From the NCBI RefSeq assembly GCF_001194135.2, contig NC_068996.1, positions 20,144,486 through 20,208,485 of the forward strand: a stretch of DNA of 64,000 nucleotides. The letters are read 5' to 3'. Positions within the stretch are counted from its first letter, which is position 1, and each line of letters starts with the position of its first letter. This document shows positions 23,551 through 36,053 of this stretch, in pieces. The translations under genes and the position numbers were made by a program. The notes under the pieces are model-generated. The model saw nothing but the letters and a program-made list of their open reading frames with translations. It did not search any database and was not told the DNA's origin. Source of the stretch: Octopus bimaculoides. Its lineage: Eukaryota.

Positions 23551-25403
23551 GTCCTTAAAGTTCTAGTCAGCTTAATAACAAGATAAAACAAAAAATCAAC
23601 AAATTGAAATATCGAATTGAAAACTAGACAGAAATTCAAAGACCCTTGACATCAAGTTGAACAACCGCAAAGAACAACACCCTCACCACGAACAGCAATA
23701 ACAGCAGCAACAACATGAACAACCACAACAACAATAATACTAATATCCTTACACCTAATTATAAATCTCTTATTCTCTCGTGTAGCTGTTACAAAGTAGA
23801 TATTACAAAACGAAATGAAAAATAAAAATAAGCCCAGGAAGTTAATAAATATAATATTAACTTCTGTCAGTAAACAAATTTATAGTCATATCAATTTCAT
23901 ATACTATACTTTATCTTATATAGATAATATCAATTATGAAACATCCCTAATAGATAAGATGCAATATAATGAGCAAGGAGTATAATATAAAATTAATGAT
24001 AGAAATCATTGACAACATTCATTAAGGGTAAATTATGGTAGGCTAAACTTAGAAAACTAAAGAGTTCTCGTCGAGTGCGAGGACTAAATGTACCCGCCCG
24101 TTGCTTTGCATAAAAATAATTTAAACTATACACTGTAAGTTTATAAAAGTTTTAGTTATCCATTATTATAGCTCGTAAAACGACGAAGTGGTACAGTTAA
24201 ACAGCTGTACTCATTCACGCATGCTATATCTGAGCAGTTTGGAGAAAAGTGTTTTTGTTCCTGAATGCAAAGAAGTACCATTATCATGGTGCGAACAATG
24301 AACACTGCCATGAAGTAGTCATATGCATTAATGACTCGGCCAGAATTTTCAATTTATAATTATAATAAAAAAAATAGAAGTTTTATCAGGTCAGGATACG
24401 ACTGATGTAGTTAATTTCAAAAACATTTATATTAGAAAGAAACAAGCAAAGCGAAATTCGAGTAAAAAAAGGAAACTGTAATGAATTCATAGCTAGAATT
24501 TATTAAATCCAAATGAAAAACTTACATTTATTACTTACAAAGGAAATAAAAGTATGGAAAAATGTTGCAAATCAAAAGCCAGATTCTCAAAATTATTTTC
24601 TCGGAAGAACAATAATTGCGTAAAAAAAGTAATATTGCTAAGAATAAGAATATTGTGCTAAGAATATTTTACACGCATACACACACGGATACATACAGAT
24701 ACACACACACATATGAACGTATATGTATATATATATATATACACACTCAGGTATTTATAAATATGTTTATATATATATGCATATGTATTTACAACTATAT
24801 ACNNNNNNNNNNATATATTGTTGTATGTATATATGTGTGTATGTGTGCGTGAGTGTAGTATGTATATATACATATACTCATATACATATATATTTATATA
24901 AAGTTATACATATACATATATATCATTTGTATGTAGGTTTAGAATTTGGATAATTCTTCGAAACGGATTGAAATGTTATTAAATAAAAAAAATAATAATA
25001 ATGATAATGTTTGGATCCACCATCTTCAGAGAAAGACAAACACTTTTGTCAAATAGAAATTTGTAAAAATACAAATCATATTTCGACATGCTGGAGAAGA
25101 AAACTCTCTGTAGAAACAGTGGAAAAAATCTCAAAGTAATTGCTTTTTCTCAAAAATTAATATATTACCCCGGCAATAACAAGTTACTTCAAAGCGTGTT
25201 TTTACGTTGTATATTTACTTACTCACATAATATAATATGATTTAAATGTGTATATAATGTACAAATACACACACACATATTATATAATTAAATATCTGAT
25301 AACACATACATACATACATACATACATACATACATACATACATACATACATACATACATACATANNNNNNNNNNNNNNNNNNNNNNNNNNNNNNNNNNNN
25401 NNN

Positions 25404-25459
<56 letters not shown>

Positions 25460-25855
25460 GTGTGTGTGTGTATATATATATGTATAGTTTTTAACGTTAT
25501 ATATGTGGTGTGGATGAATTTCCAATACACAATGTGTGTAGTAGAGAGCAGTTTACATATAAAATAATGTAGTCCGTTAGTGATAGTACATCGCAGCTTA
25601 CAGTTTCGTGTTTATCATATGCACAGCAATCACCGTCTAACGAATGCATGGCATAAACTAAATATACGATGCATCCTCACTAACAGCTTATATGGAATCA
25701 CATAAAGCACACAGACATTCAGACACATATACAAGAATTTATGAACGTTGGAAGGTATAATAGACATATGCTGTCCACTTGCCTCAGCCTCACAGCTCTC
25801 TTTCATTTATCTCCCCAAATTCTCTTTCTCTCTCTATGTACATATATATATACAC

Positions 25856-26020
25856 TTTATTTGTGCATTAAGGCGACCATTGTTTTCATGTTAAGGAATA
25901 CCTCAAACTTTTTCAACCCTATCATAGGGAAACGCGTTCGTCTCCAAAATGTGATAGACTTGATAATTGTTGAGGTTTTCCTTAATATGAAACCAATGGT
26001 AACCTTAATGAACAAATAAA
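25856..26020. repeat. 165-bp imperfect hairpin (MITE-like)
   Basis: 25856-25906 and 25970-26020 are 51-bp reverse complements with about 6 mismatches. Weaker pairing continues inward. Confidence 0.85.
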
Positions 26021-26084
26021 GAATTTTTATCCACCAATGCGGTGTTGAGCACGTTTTCTCATTGTTCGATACTTTATACATAAA

Positions 26085-26332
26085 GGAGGCGCGTGGCTTA
26101 GTGGTTAGGGTGTCAGCATCATGATCGTAAGATTGTAGTTTCGATTCTTGAACCAGGCGACGCGTTGTGTTCTTGAGAAAAACACTTCATTTCACGTTGC
26201 TCCAGTTCACTCAGCTGGCAAAAATGAGTAACGCTGCGATGGACTGGGGTCCCGTCCAGCTGGGGAACACATACGCCATTGAAACCGGGAAACCGGGCCC
26301 ATGAGCCTGGCTAGGCTTTAAAAGGGCGCATT

Positions 26333-26334
<2 letters not shown>
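26085..26334 (+). mobile_element. tRNA-derived SINE with CORE/V-like central block (family C)
   Basis: Head GGCGCGTGGCTTAGTGGTTAGGG...GTTTCGATTC and central GTTGTGTTCTTGAG..AAACACTT..TTTCACGTTGCTCCAG. Head and core are shared with 50595-50919. Confidence 0.85.
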
Positions 26335-26389
<55 letters not shown>

Positions 26390-26390
26390 G

Positions 26391-26778
26391 CTTTACTCTT
26401 TTACTTGTTTCAGTCATTTGACTGCGGCCATCTGAAGCACCGCCTTTAGTCGAGCAAATCGACCCCAGGACTTATTCTTTGTAAGCCTAGTACTTATTCT
26501 ATCGGTCTCTTTTGCCAAACCGCTAAGTTACGGGGATGTAAACACACCAGCATCGGTTGTCAAGCGATGTTGGGGGGACACAGACACACAAGCATAAATA
26601 TATATACATATATACGACGGGCTTCTTTCAATTTCCGTCTACCAAATCCACTCACAAGGCTTTGGTCGGTCCGAGGCTATAGTAGAAGACACTTGCCCAA
26701 GGTGCCACGCATTTGGACTGAACCCGGAACCGTGTGGTTTGTAAGCAAGCTACTTACCACACAGCCACTCCTGCGCCT
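26391..26778 (-). mobile_element. SINE family A, well-preserved full copy
   Basis: Complete head AGGCGCAGGAGTGGCTGTGTGGTAAG through tail GAAACAAGTAAAAGAGTAAAG on the minus strand. A partial second tail follows at 26790-26905. Confidence 0.92.
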
Positions 26779-27186
26779 ATATATATATTCTTTTATTCTG
26801 TTACTTGTTTCAGTCGAGCATACCATGCCTTTATTCTAACAAATCGAGCCCAAGACTTATTCTTTGTAAGCCTAGTACTTATTCTATCGGTTCATTTGCC
26901 AAACCAATAGTCATTATAGGTTCGTTATTGATAGGTCTACTCAATCGGCTTGTTGATCGGTTGAGAAAAGTTGATTGATCAAGAAAATTAATGCTACTTT
27001 CGTTAGCATCATTTCTGGGTATAACCAAGCAGAACATTATTCACAAAATGAGCCCCCCCCCCCCGCCATCAATTTTGGTGTATCAATGCAACTCTGGATT
27101 TTGATTATGATCAACCAATTACTTTATCTCGTAAATTAAAGAATCTGATGTTATTTGGAATTAAGATGGGAAATTTGGGTAATTTT

Positions 27187-27234
27187 AGCCAATCAACAGA
27201 CAGCGTGACATTAGGAGCTTGTTACCATGACAAC
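27187..27234 (+). promoter_or_regulatory. Candidate promoter: CCAAT box plus RFX X-box
   Basis: AGCCAATCA at 27187-27195 and GTTACCATGACAAC at 27221-27234 (one mismatch to GTTRCCATGGYAAC), in non-repetitive sequence with CpGs. Confidence 0.45.
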
Positions 27235-28249
27235 CGCACGCTGTGTTATGGTTCACTGTTGTCTGTGCCGCTGTTGTCTATGTTGATTTCACCCGCGTGT
27301 TTCTGTGTGTTAGTATTTTAATATATTTTTCATTTCAAATATTTTTGGGACTCATTGACTCAGATAGCAGGATTTATGATTTCACTTGGTTAATTCTGTT
27401 CATAAAAATTTTAATTTTGGAGTATTTCTTTAACCGTTAGCTTCACATTTCAACAGCTTGACTGAAATTTAGCGCACATAACAGGAACTGAGAGGGATAT
27501 CGTGGAACAGAGAAACTGTGGGTGATACAAATAATTTGCCATTATTTTTGAATTATGCATGCTAAAACGTATCAGATGCAGGTATTCTTTTCCTTGGGAC
27601 AAATTCTTTGTTGACCAGTGTTATTCTTATCGTAGTTTACAAATCCGGGCATGAAAACGTTACTCAACTTTGGGGTTTTGGAGGCAGACGCTCCCTTTTC
27701 ACACACACACATTTATATATAAATGATGTGCATAAATGCATGGCAGGTATACATAATATTGAAGTACGCATAAAGTAAACACATGCAGACAAATATATAA
27801 ACAAAACAAATTTTACAAAATGATAAAAGCATACAATCAGCGAAGAGACAAAAGAAACAGTAAGATGATACATATTGATTTTATTAGGTATTTCTGTTTA
27901 TTTAGAAACATACAATGAACAGGTCAGACGCTAAACTATAAATTTCACAGTGTACAACCTTAAAGTTGACGCCGCTCCGCTAAACGCAGAAAATTTCTGT
28001 CTCGCTATTGGCTAAAAATATAGTTTTATTTTTTCGATTTTTACGCCTCTGTAACTTTTTTCTCCAATATTTTTCTCCCCATCATCACACCTTCAAAGCA
28101 ATGTGACTGAAAGGCTACATTATTATAACCGATTTTCAGATTTTTAACTTCATTTTTTAAAAAATGCATATTTTGCGAATGAAAAAATATTGACCCGCTG
28201 TTTCTTGCATATCTAAAGCAAAATTTTTTCATGAATGCTTAGAATTCTA

Positions 28250-28344
28250 CTTGTGAATCTCCAATTTACTATGTTGTTTTTGTGGACCACCAAAACTCTT
28301 ATGTGGACCCCTGGGGCCATAGGGATCCCTGTTGTGAACCACTG
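28250..28344 (+). mobile_element. hAT-like terminal fragment
   Basis: Ends GGGATCCCTGTTGTGAACCACTG, resembling the hAT/Charlie 3' TIR GGTTGAGAACCACTG, with GTGGACC subterminal repeats. Confidence 0.5.
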
Positions 28345-29089
28345 CCCTATATCTACTCTCATTAGATTTGCCTATACTGCAATATAAAGGTGAAACGAGA
28401 CCAAGAGACATCGTTGTCTCATACCTCTGTGGATAACACCTTTGTGTACCTTTGGTACAATTATCGAGGTACAAATGTTTAGGTTTGGCTGTTTATTGTA
28501 CCTTATATGCTTAGCTTCCAACTGTGTCTTCGGTTCTAAACACGAAGCTCATTATGACACAAGTCTTACCACAATGGATGTTTTCATCTTTAAAAGTAGG
28601 CAACAAAGTGTCTAGGCTTAACAATATTTACAACTGGTATCATGTATACCAGTTCTGTAAGAGTTGCATAACTGTGATAGATGCCGTGTCACCAATGAGC
28701 TACACCGGCTGTAGGAATGGTCGGTGGCTCTTTGCAATGTAAACTGACGGTTTGTATGATAGCCGCTGGTATCATTGTGTGAATTATCCGCTTTGGAAAG
28801 ACTTCTATGCCGACTTCAGCCTTTAGACTTGTCTATTGTTATAGTAGCAAAACAATTGAGGATTGATAACTTCTGGGCGGAATCTCATGCCGGCATCTCA
28901 CGACGAATATTATTCAGGAAAGATTGATGACATTAATATTGTTGTTCTAACTGTTCAAAAATTGTTATTGTTGTTGTCGATATTGCTGTTCAAATTAATG
29001 TTATGGCTTTCCTTTATTCCCATTTCTGACGTTGTTGACTATGTTTTTGTTGAAATAGTTTTCGTTTCAATTATCTAATCCTTATCTTT

Positions 29090-29530
29090 TTATCTTTTCA
29101 TTTATTTCAGTCAATGGATTGCGGCCATGCTGGAGCAACGACTTGAAGAATATTTAGTCGAATGAATCGATTCCAGCTCGTATGTTTTTCTTCAGTTTTT
29201 TTAAAAAGCCTGGTATTAATTTTATCGGTGTCTTTTACCGAACCGCAAGATTACGGGGACGTAAACACACCAACACCTGTTACAGGACAGAGACACAGTT
29301 GGCAAGCGGTGGTGAGGGATACAGACTGGAAGATACGCACACACACACACATATGTATATGTATTTATATATACGACGGTCTTCTTTCAGTTTCCGCTCC
29401 AACAAATCAACACAAAATCTATGGTAATCCCGAGTCTATAGTAGAAAACATTTGCCCAAGGTACCACACAGTGGGACTGAAACCGGAAATATGAGGCTGG
29501 GAAGCAAACTTCTTAACACAGAACTACGCC
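29090..29530 (-). mobile_element. SINE family A copy
   Basis: Tail, internal (CA/TA)n and head are all homologous to 26391-26778. Confidence 0.85.
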
Positions 29531-29537
29531 ATATACA

Positions 29538-29584
<47 letters not shown>

Positions 29585-30417
29585 NNNNNNNNNNNNNNNN
29601 NNNNNNNNNNNNNNNNNNNNNNNNNNNNNNNNNNNNNNNNNNNNNNNNNNNNNNNNNNNNNNNNNNNNNNNNNNNNNNNNNNNNNNNNNNNNNNNNNNNN
29701 NNNNNNNNNNNNNNNNNNNNNNNNNNNNNNNNNNNNNNNNNNNNNNNNNNNNNNNNNNNNNNNNNNNNNNNNNNNNNNNNNNNNNNNNNNNNNNNNNNNN
29801 NNNNNNNNNNNNNNNNNNNNNNNNNNNNNNNNNNNNNNNNNNNNNNNNNNNNNNNNNNNNNNNNNNNNNNNNNNNNNNNNNNNNNNNNNNNNNNNNNNNN
29901 NNNNNNNNNNNNNNNNNNNNNNNNNNNNNNNNNTCTTCTCTCACTCACTCGCTCAATCCCTAACTCATTCTTTCTATCTCCCTCCCTCCCTCCCTCCCTC
30001 TCTCTCCCTCCTCTCTCTTTCTGTCCTAATTAAGTAAACCGAATATATTAATCTAATCTAATATTTAGACATTTTAAGCTAACAGGTTATGAAATAGCGG
30101 AAAGCATATTTCGGTTGGTATAGTCTGATAGGTGTGTCTATATCATTCAATAGAATTCTTATTCAAAAGCTTTTCCATTTAAAGTCCAATACACAGACAA
30201 ATATACTCTCACACACGCACACATATGTATGTAAGTATGTGTGTGTGTATACATATGTAGGTATGTATTGGTATGTTTGTCTGTGTGTATGTATATAGGG
30301 TAGGCAAATATACATACCCACACATATACTCATATACTCATATACAGAAATATAGCTAGATATATAAATATGTATATATGTATGTATACATATACATGTG
30401 TGTGTATGCGTGTGTAT

Positions 30418-30576
30418 AGGCGGCTGTGTAGTAAGAAACTTGCTTCCCAACCATACCGTTCCGAGTTCAGTCCTACTACATGACACCTTGGGCAGGTGCT
30501 TTCTATTTATAGCCTCAGTCCGACCAAACGCGTGTGAGTGGATTTGGTTGAGAGAAACTGACAGGAGCCCGTGGTT

Positions 30577-30635
<59 letters not shown>

Positions 30636-30665
30636 ATTATTGTTGGTGTTTACGTCCCCCGATTA
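30418..30665 (+). mobile_element. SINE family A, head plus truncated tail
   Basis: GGCTGTGTAGTAAGAAACTTGCTTCCCAACC...GAGTTCAGTCC...GTGAGTGGATTTGG. Confidence 0.82.
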
Positions 30666-30699
30666 TCTCTTAGATGTTTCTTGTCACCTTTCTTATGAA

Positions 30700-30990
30700 G
30701 CGTGATGGTATTCGAATTTTTCCTTAGACAGCGATTGTAATCGATGGTATTGGAATCTTTGATGGCATTCGAATCTTGATGGTATTGGAATCTTTTCAGA
30801 TAGCGATTGAAACGTAAATGATGATTTCCGACTACTCTTCACCTCTGCACCTTAACATATCTCTTGTTATGCTACCTTTACTTGGAGCTTTGTTTGCTTT
30901 CACCAATTTCAGACCAGAATTGATGGCACTTCTTTCAACATTTTCGACGGTAACGAATTAAGGTTAACTGATGATCACAAAAGTTGATGT
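30700..30990 (-). mobile_element. Decayed LINE RT N-terminal fragment (RTE/CR1-like)
   Basis: FVTVENVERSAINSGLKLVKANKAPSKGSITRDMLRCRGEE resembles VTxxEVxxAI...KAPGxDGI...LK. It includes a short GATGGTATTGGAATCTT minisatellite. Confidence 0.45.
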
Positions 30991-31042
30991 ATTGGATTTT
31001 ACATACCTCTGTCATCTCCCCTTTCTCTGTTTGAAGACGTAG

Positions 31043-31163
31043 CAGAAGGCCGAATATAGATCGAAATTGAGGAAAGTTGAACACGATTATATGTCAGATT
31101 CTTCAAGAGTACCATCCGACTTGCAATCTTATACACAAGGGAAAAATGGGCTACCACGAAGAG
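31043..31163 (+). CDS. Candidate isolated coding exon (unassigned)
   Basis: Pyrimidine tract, then TAG|, an open frame QKAEYRSKLRKVEHDYMSDSSRVPSDLQSYTQGKNGLPRR, and a GAG|GTAAGA donor. No homology recognised. Confidence 0.2.
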
Positions 31164-31710
31164 GTAAGATCATTGATTAGTTGCGATAGAAACAACCATT
31201 GAGAGATTCACGCTAGGAATATCATTCTGAAAGTATGTTCGAAGTGAGATAATTTGAGAATATGATATTGAGCGATGCGATCGTAGAGTGTTAAAAGCAA
31301 AAGTTTCATAGGGCCGGATATGTCACAAGATTCACAGACAACAGGTGAACCCCTACAGTTATCGAATGGTATCCAAGAGATCGCAAAAGCCTCCACAATG
31401 ATAGAAATGTCGTTCAGTTAAGCAATCTAAGCCAAGATTGAAAAGAATATCTAGTGATATAGCGATACATATGTGACACGATATTCCTCTATGCGTATGC
31501 GTTGGGGAGAAATGTTGGGTCCCTTCGCAACAACGAAATATGTGTTTTGTATGTGTGCATATGCGTGTGTGCACGTAAGCACATGTATAGATTATACGTA
31601 TATCGGAAATTCAGTACGTATAAAATTATATTTTGTTGTTATACACACGACTTCCTTTTTGTCTTTCTATTTGTCTCTCTATCCCTCTTAATATCGCAAG
31701 CACAGACACA

Positions 31711-31795
<85 letters not shown>

Positions 31796-31949
31796 ACACA
31801 GAGTCATACGAATACTCACATATAAACACATATATACTCTCATATATGCGCTCTCGTAAACAATAGTAATATATAATCACGTTATACTATTCTATGCTAC
31901 AACATAAATAAATATTATATACATAGGCTGATGCAACATGTCTTTCAAA

Positions 31950-32206
31950 ATGGTGCTCCAGCATGGCTGCAGTCAAATGACTGAAACAAGTAAAAGTAAA
32001 AGAACAGGCGCAAGCGTGGAGAAAAGTTTGCTTCCCAACCACATGGTTCCGAGTTCAGTCTCACTGTGTGGCACCTCGGACATCATCTACTATAGCTTCG
32101 GGTTGACTAAAGCATTGTGGGTGGGTTTCGTTGACGGAAACTGAAAGAACCACGTCGTGTNNNNNNNNNNGTGCGTGCGTGCGTGCGTGCGTGCGTCCGT
32201 GCGTGC

Positions 32207-32255
<49 letters not shown>

Positions 32256-32560
32256 CGTGTGTGTGCATGCGTACGTGTGTGTGTGAATGCGTGCACGTGT
32301 GTATATGTATATACGTGTGTAGATATGCATGTATGTGTGTGTATCTTTGTATGTGTTGTATCCCACCATTGCGTGAGAAGCTGTGTTGGCGTGTTTACGT
32401 TCCCGTAACGTAGCGGTTCGACAACAGAGTCTGATAGAATAAGTACCAGGCTTAAAGAAAAACAGAAAATAAGATCTGGGTTCGATTCACTCGGCTAAAA
32501 AATTTTCAAGGCGGTGCACCAGCATGGCCGCAGTATAACGATTGAAATAAATAAACGATA
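31950..32560 (+). mobile_element. SINE family A: tail fragment followed by a full copy
   Basis: Tail 31950-32003, head 32004-32160, internal (TG/TGCG)n, tail 32350-32560. Confidence 0.82.
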
Positions 32561-32616
32561 CAATATATAACAATTTGATACATGGAATTTTAATGTATCA
32601 TCGAATTCTCACTTCA

Positions 32617-33017
32617 TTTCAAATTTTGGCACGAAGCCTGCAATTTCGGGGAAGAGGTAAGTCGATCATATGGACCACAGTACTCGACCGATACTTATTT
32701 TATCCCCCGAAAAGCATAAAGACACAGTCGACACTGGCGGAATTTGAACTTAAAACGTAAAAGCATTTTGCCCAGCGTGCTAACAATTCTGACAGCTCTT
32801 CGCTTTAGGTGTCATTACTATTGGTTTCAAATTTTGACAAAAGGCCAAGAATTTGGGAGAAGGGATTAAGTCGGTTACATCGACCCCAGTGCTCAACTGG
32901 TACTTATTTTATCGACCCCGTAACGCTGAAAGGCAAAGTCAAACTCGACAGAATTTGAACTCAAAACGTAAAGACGGGTGAAACGTCGCGTTCTAACGTG
33001 TCTGCCATCTCACCGCC
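32617..33017 (-). mobile_element. Two tandem tRNA-derived SINEs with a Nin-like central domain (family D)
   Basis: 32617-32805 and 32825-33017 read on the minus strand ...GAGTTCAAATTC.GCC...GTCGATAAAATAAGTACCAGTTGAGCACTGGGGTCGATGTAA.CGACTT...AAAATTTGAAA. Confidence 0.8.
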
Positions 33018-33329
33018 TTTCAGGCAGCAATATAATACTAAACATTATTCTTTCTGTCACTTTTATAACGTTTGCGTCTGTGTGAGTGCTTTCATGTGTA
33101 CAAATATGTGTACATATATGCGTGTTTGTATTTGTTTTTGAGTCCATTTCTAACAATTTCACTCACTGATTAGAAAACTGGTCAATGAAACTCGCCAAGT
33201 TATTAGAGAACCTACAGTCAATGCTAATGTATTAGAAGATATAGATCTTCAGACTTATCTTAATGGTGACTGTGTAGAACAGGCACCGTAAGGGAATTAA
33301 AACGGAAAGATCCGTCGAAAACATAATAA

Positions 33330-33465
33330 AGCGCAGGCATGGCTGTGTGGAAAGAAGCTTGATTACCAACCACATGATTCCGGGTTCAGTTCCACTGTGT
33401 GGTACCTTGGGTAAATGTCTTATACTATAGCCTCGGGTCAACCAAAGACTTATGAGAGGATTCGG
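33330..33465 (+). mobile_element. SINE family A head
   Basis: GCGCAGGCATGGCTGTGTGG...CCAACCACATGATTCCGGGTTCAG. Confidence 0.82.
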
Positions 33466-34294
33466 AAGTAATAGTAGTAGTAGTAATAGTAGTAGTAGTA
33501 GTAGTAGTGCGGAGGTACTTTTTAGCGTAGGTCAAAAGAATAGACCTATGATTAGTAGTTTTGCAGCAGTGGCCACTGTCTTGCTAAAACGACGTGATAT
33601 CATGCTAACATGTTTATGTTAGAAGTGTATGATTTGACTGCAGTTTCTAGTAAGTCAATGGTCCACCTGGAGACTCATTCATTAGTCTACTGCAATCTTA
33701 GTTGATGTAAAAAGCGGAAAGGCTTTCTGTGATGATTGCATTATCATGAAATGTCTATACACATTTGACATGTTGGCATATTTATTAAACAATAACTCAC
33801 AATTAATACGCAACCACACACACAAACACGCGCAAACACACAGAAACACATACAGACACTCGTAAACACACTTACATATCCGACAGGACATTTATGAATA
33901 ATAACATTAAATGTAAACACTCTTAATTCATATAAAATAAACAGAACAATTCTAAAAGACGGTAAAAAACAATTCTTTGTAGTCGTCAATCAGGGTATTT
34001 TTGTTTCGTTTTACTTTAGTTTTGTTATTTCTTTATATCTTTCATAGAATATTCTCTCTTTTTTAGAAGTTAACCGGAAATTTCTTTTTGTTCTTTATCC
34101 CAAAACGACTGGTGACTCAAAACGGTACAATACAAACGACAAGCCTAACATACAAGACGCACCTAGTACCTTATTTTAACATAATTTCATTTCTACACAC
34201 TCGTATTCTTATCTCTCTTTCAATTGGCCATTTATGTTTAGTCTAAACTTTTTATGACAATTTATTTATTTATTCAGCTATTTATTTATTATTA

Positions 34295-34330
<36 letters not shown>

Positions 34331-34469
34331 TTTTTGTTGTTATGTAGCTTTCATATTATATTACATTTAACATCGGGTGTACATTTTTAATCTCTGTCTT
34401 CTCTCAACGTGTTTTTTCCGTCTTTCTATTTCTCTCTTTAAACCTTATCTTTGTACAAGCGCTTTTGGG

Positions 34470-34537
<68 letters not shown>

Positions 34538-35024
34538 ACAAACACACACATACACACACATACACACACATACACACACATACACACACACACACATACA
34601 TATTTTAGGTTTCCGTCACTCGGCTCTACACCTGTTCCTGTGTGCACAAGGTTGGGCAAGCTTCGATGTGGAAGACTTGCAGTTGGTCAAGAAAACTCAC
34701 ACACACACATACACTCACACATGCGCACAGATATATCTTAGAAAGTTTCCGTCAGTAATTATTGTCCCTACACTTGTACCAGTGTGCGAGGTTGGGCAAC
34801 CTTTGTTGTATAAAACATACTTGTCAAGCAAACGCGTGCACATGTACTCACGCACACACTCACTCACACACACACATGCACATACACATATATGTATGAT
34901 GACTCTGCCAAGTTCTAAACGTTCATTGAAGGTGCAACATATTTTTACAGCTGCCTTCATATCTAAAACAAACAAACAAACAAACAAACAAAACAGAAAA
35001 TCTTTTCCTTAATCTTATATCTTT

Positions 35025-35200
35025 TATCTTTTAATTAATTGTTTCAGTCATCTGATTGCAGACATGCTGAGACACCACCTTGAAGGGTTTTAGTCGAACG
35101 ATCGCAGGACTTTTTTTTTTAAGCATAGTACTTATTCCTTCGGTCTCTAATGCCGAACCGCTAGGTAACGGGAATGTGTAAACGCTAACAAGGATTAAAA
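35025..35200 (-). mobile_element. SINE family A tail
   Basis: GTTTCAGTCATCTGATTGCAGACATGCTG...GCCGAACCGCTAGGTAAC. Confidence 0.78.
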
Positions 35201-35656
35201 CGGGTAGTGAGCAGATACGGGGAGAATGGAGCACATAAACAAATAAACTGCTTGGGTTAGATATACAAAATATACATACATGTATACATGTAAACACTGA
35301 GAGACATAGACTGAAAATTTTCAGGCAATGAATATTCAACTATAAATATATAAATATTTATATATTAACAAAGCAAACTTAGAGTACAAAGACACAGAAA
35401 ATTAAAAGGGAGAAAGTATAGTGTTACAAGTCGAACAGCTAATAACATAACTTGTAACACCATACCTTCTCCCTTTGATTTTCTGTGTCTTATACTCTGT
35501 GTGCGTTTCTTCTGTTAATATATAGCTATCTATTTATACTTGAATATTCATTGCCTGAAAATTTTCAGTCTTTGTTTTCTCTCTATTTACATGTGTACAT
35601 GTATATATATTTTGTATATCTAACTCATGCAGTTTTATTCGTTGATTTGCATCAAT

Positions 35657-35737
<81 letters not shown>

Positions 35738-36053
35738 TATATTTATATAGTATACTGTTCGTGAAGGTAAGATAAACAAAAATAAAGTACTCCATCTGGT
35801 GAAACGTAAATATTATTTAATAATCACAGTATATATGTTTATGAGCTACTAATAGTTCAATGCGATGAAAACAATTCTGACACCATTTTATAACATACAC
35901 ATACGCACACACACATATACGCACACGCGCGCACGCACACAGATTATGTATGTATGTATGTATGTATGTATATATGTATGCATGTATGTATGTATGTATA
36001 CACGTATATATGCATGTATGTGTGCATGTATGCATGTATGTATGTATGTATAT

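Noticed and set aside
28800-28900. Minus-strand FATITIDKSKG resembling Helitron helicase FAMTINKSQG
   Set aside because: A single short motif; the expected downstream FSHGQLYVA motif was not found.
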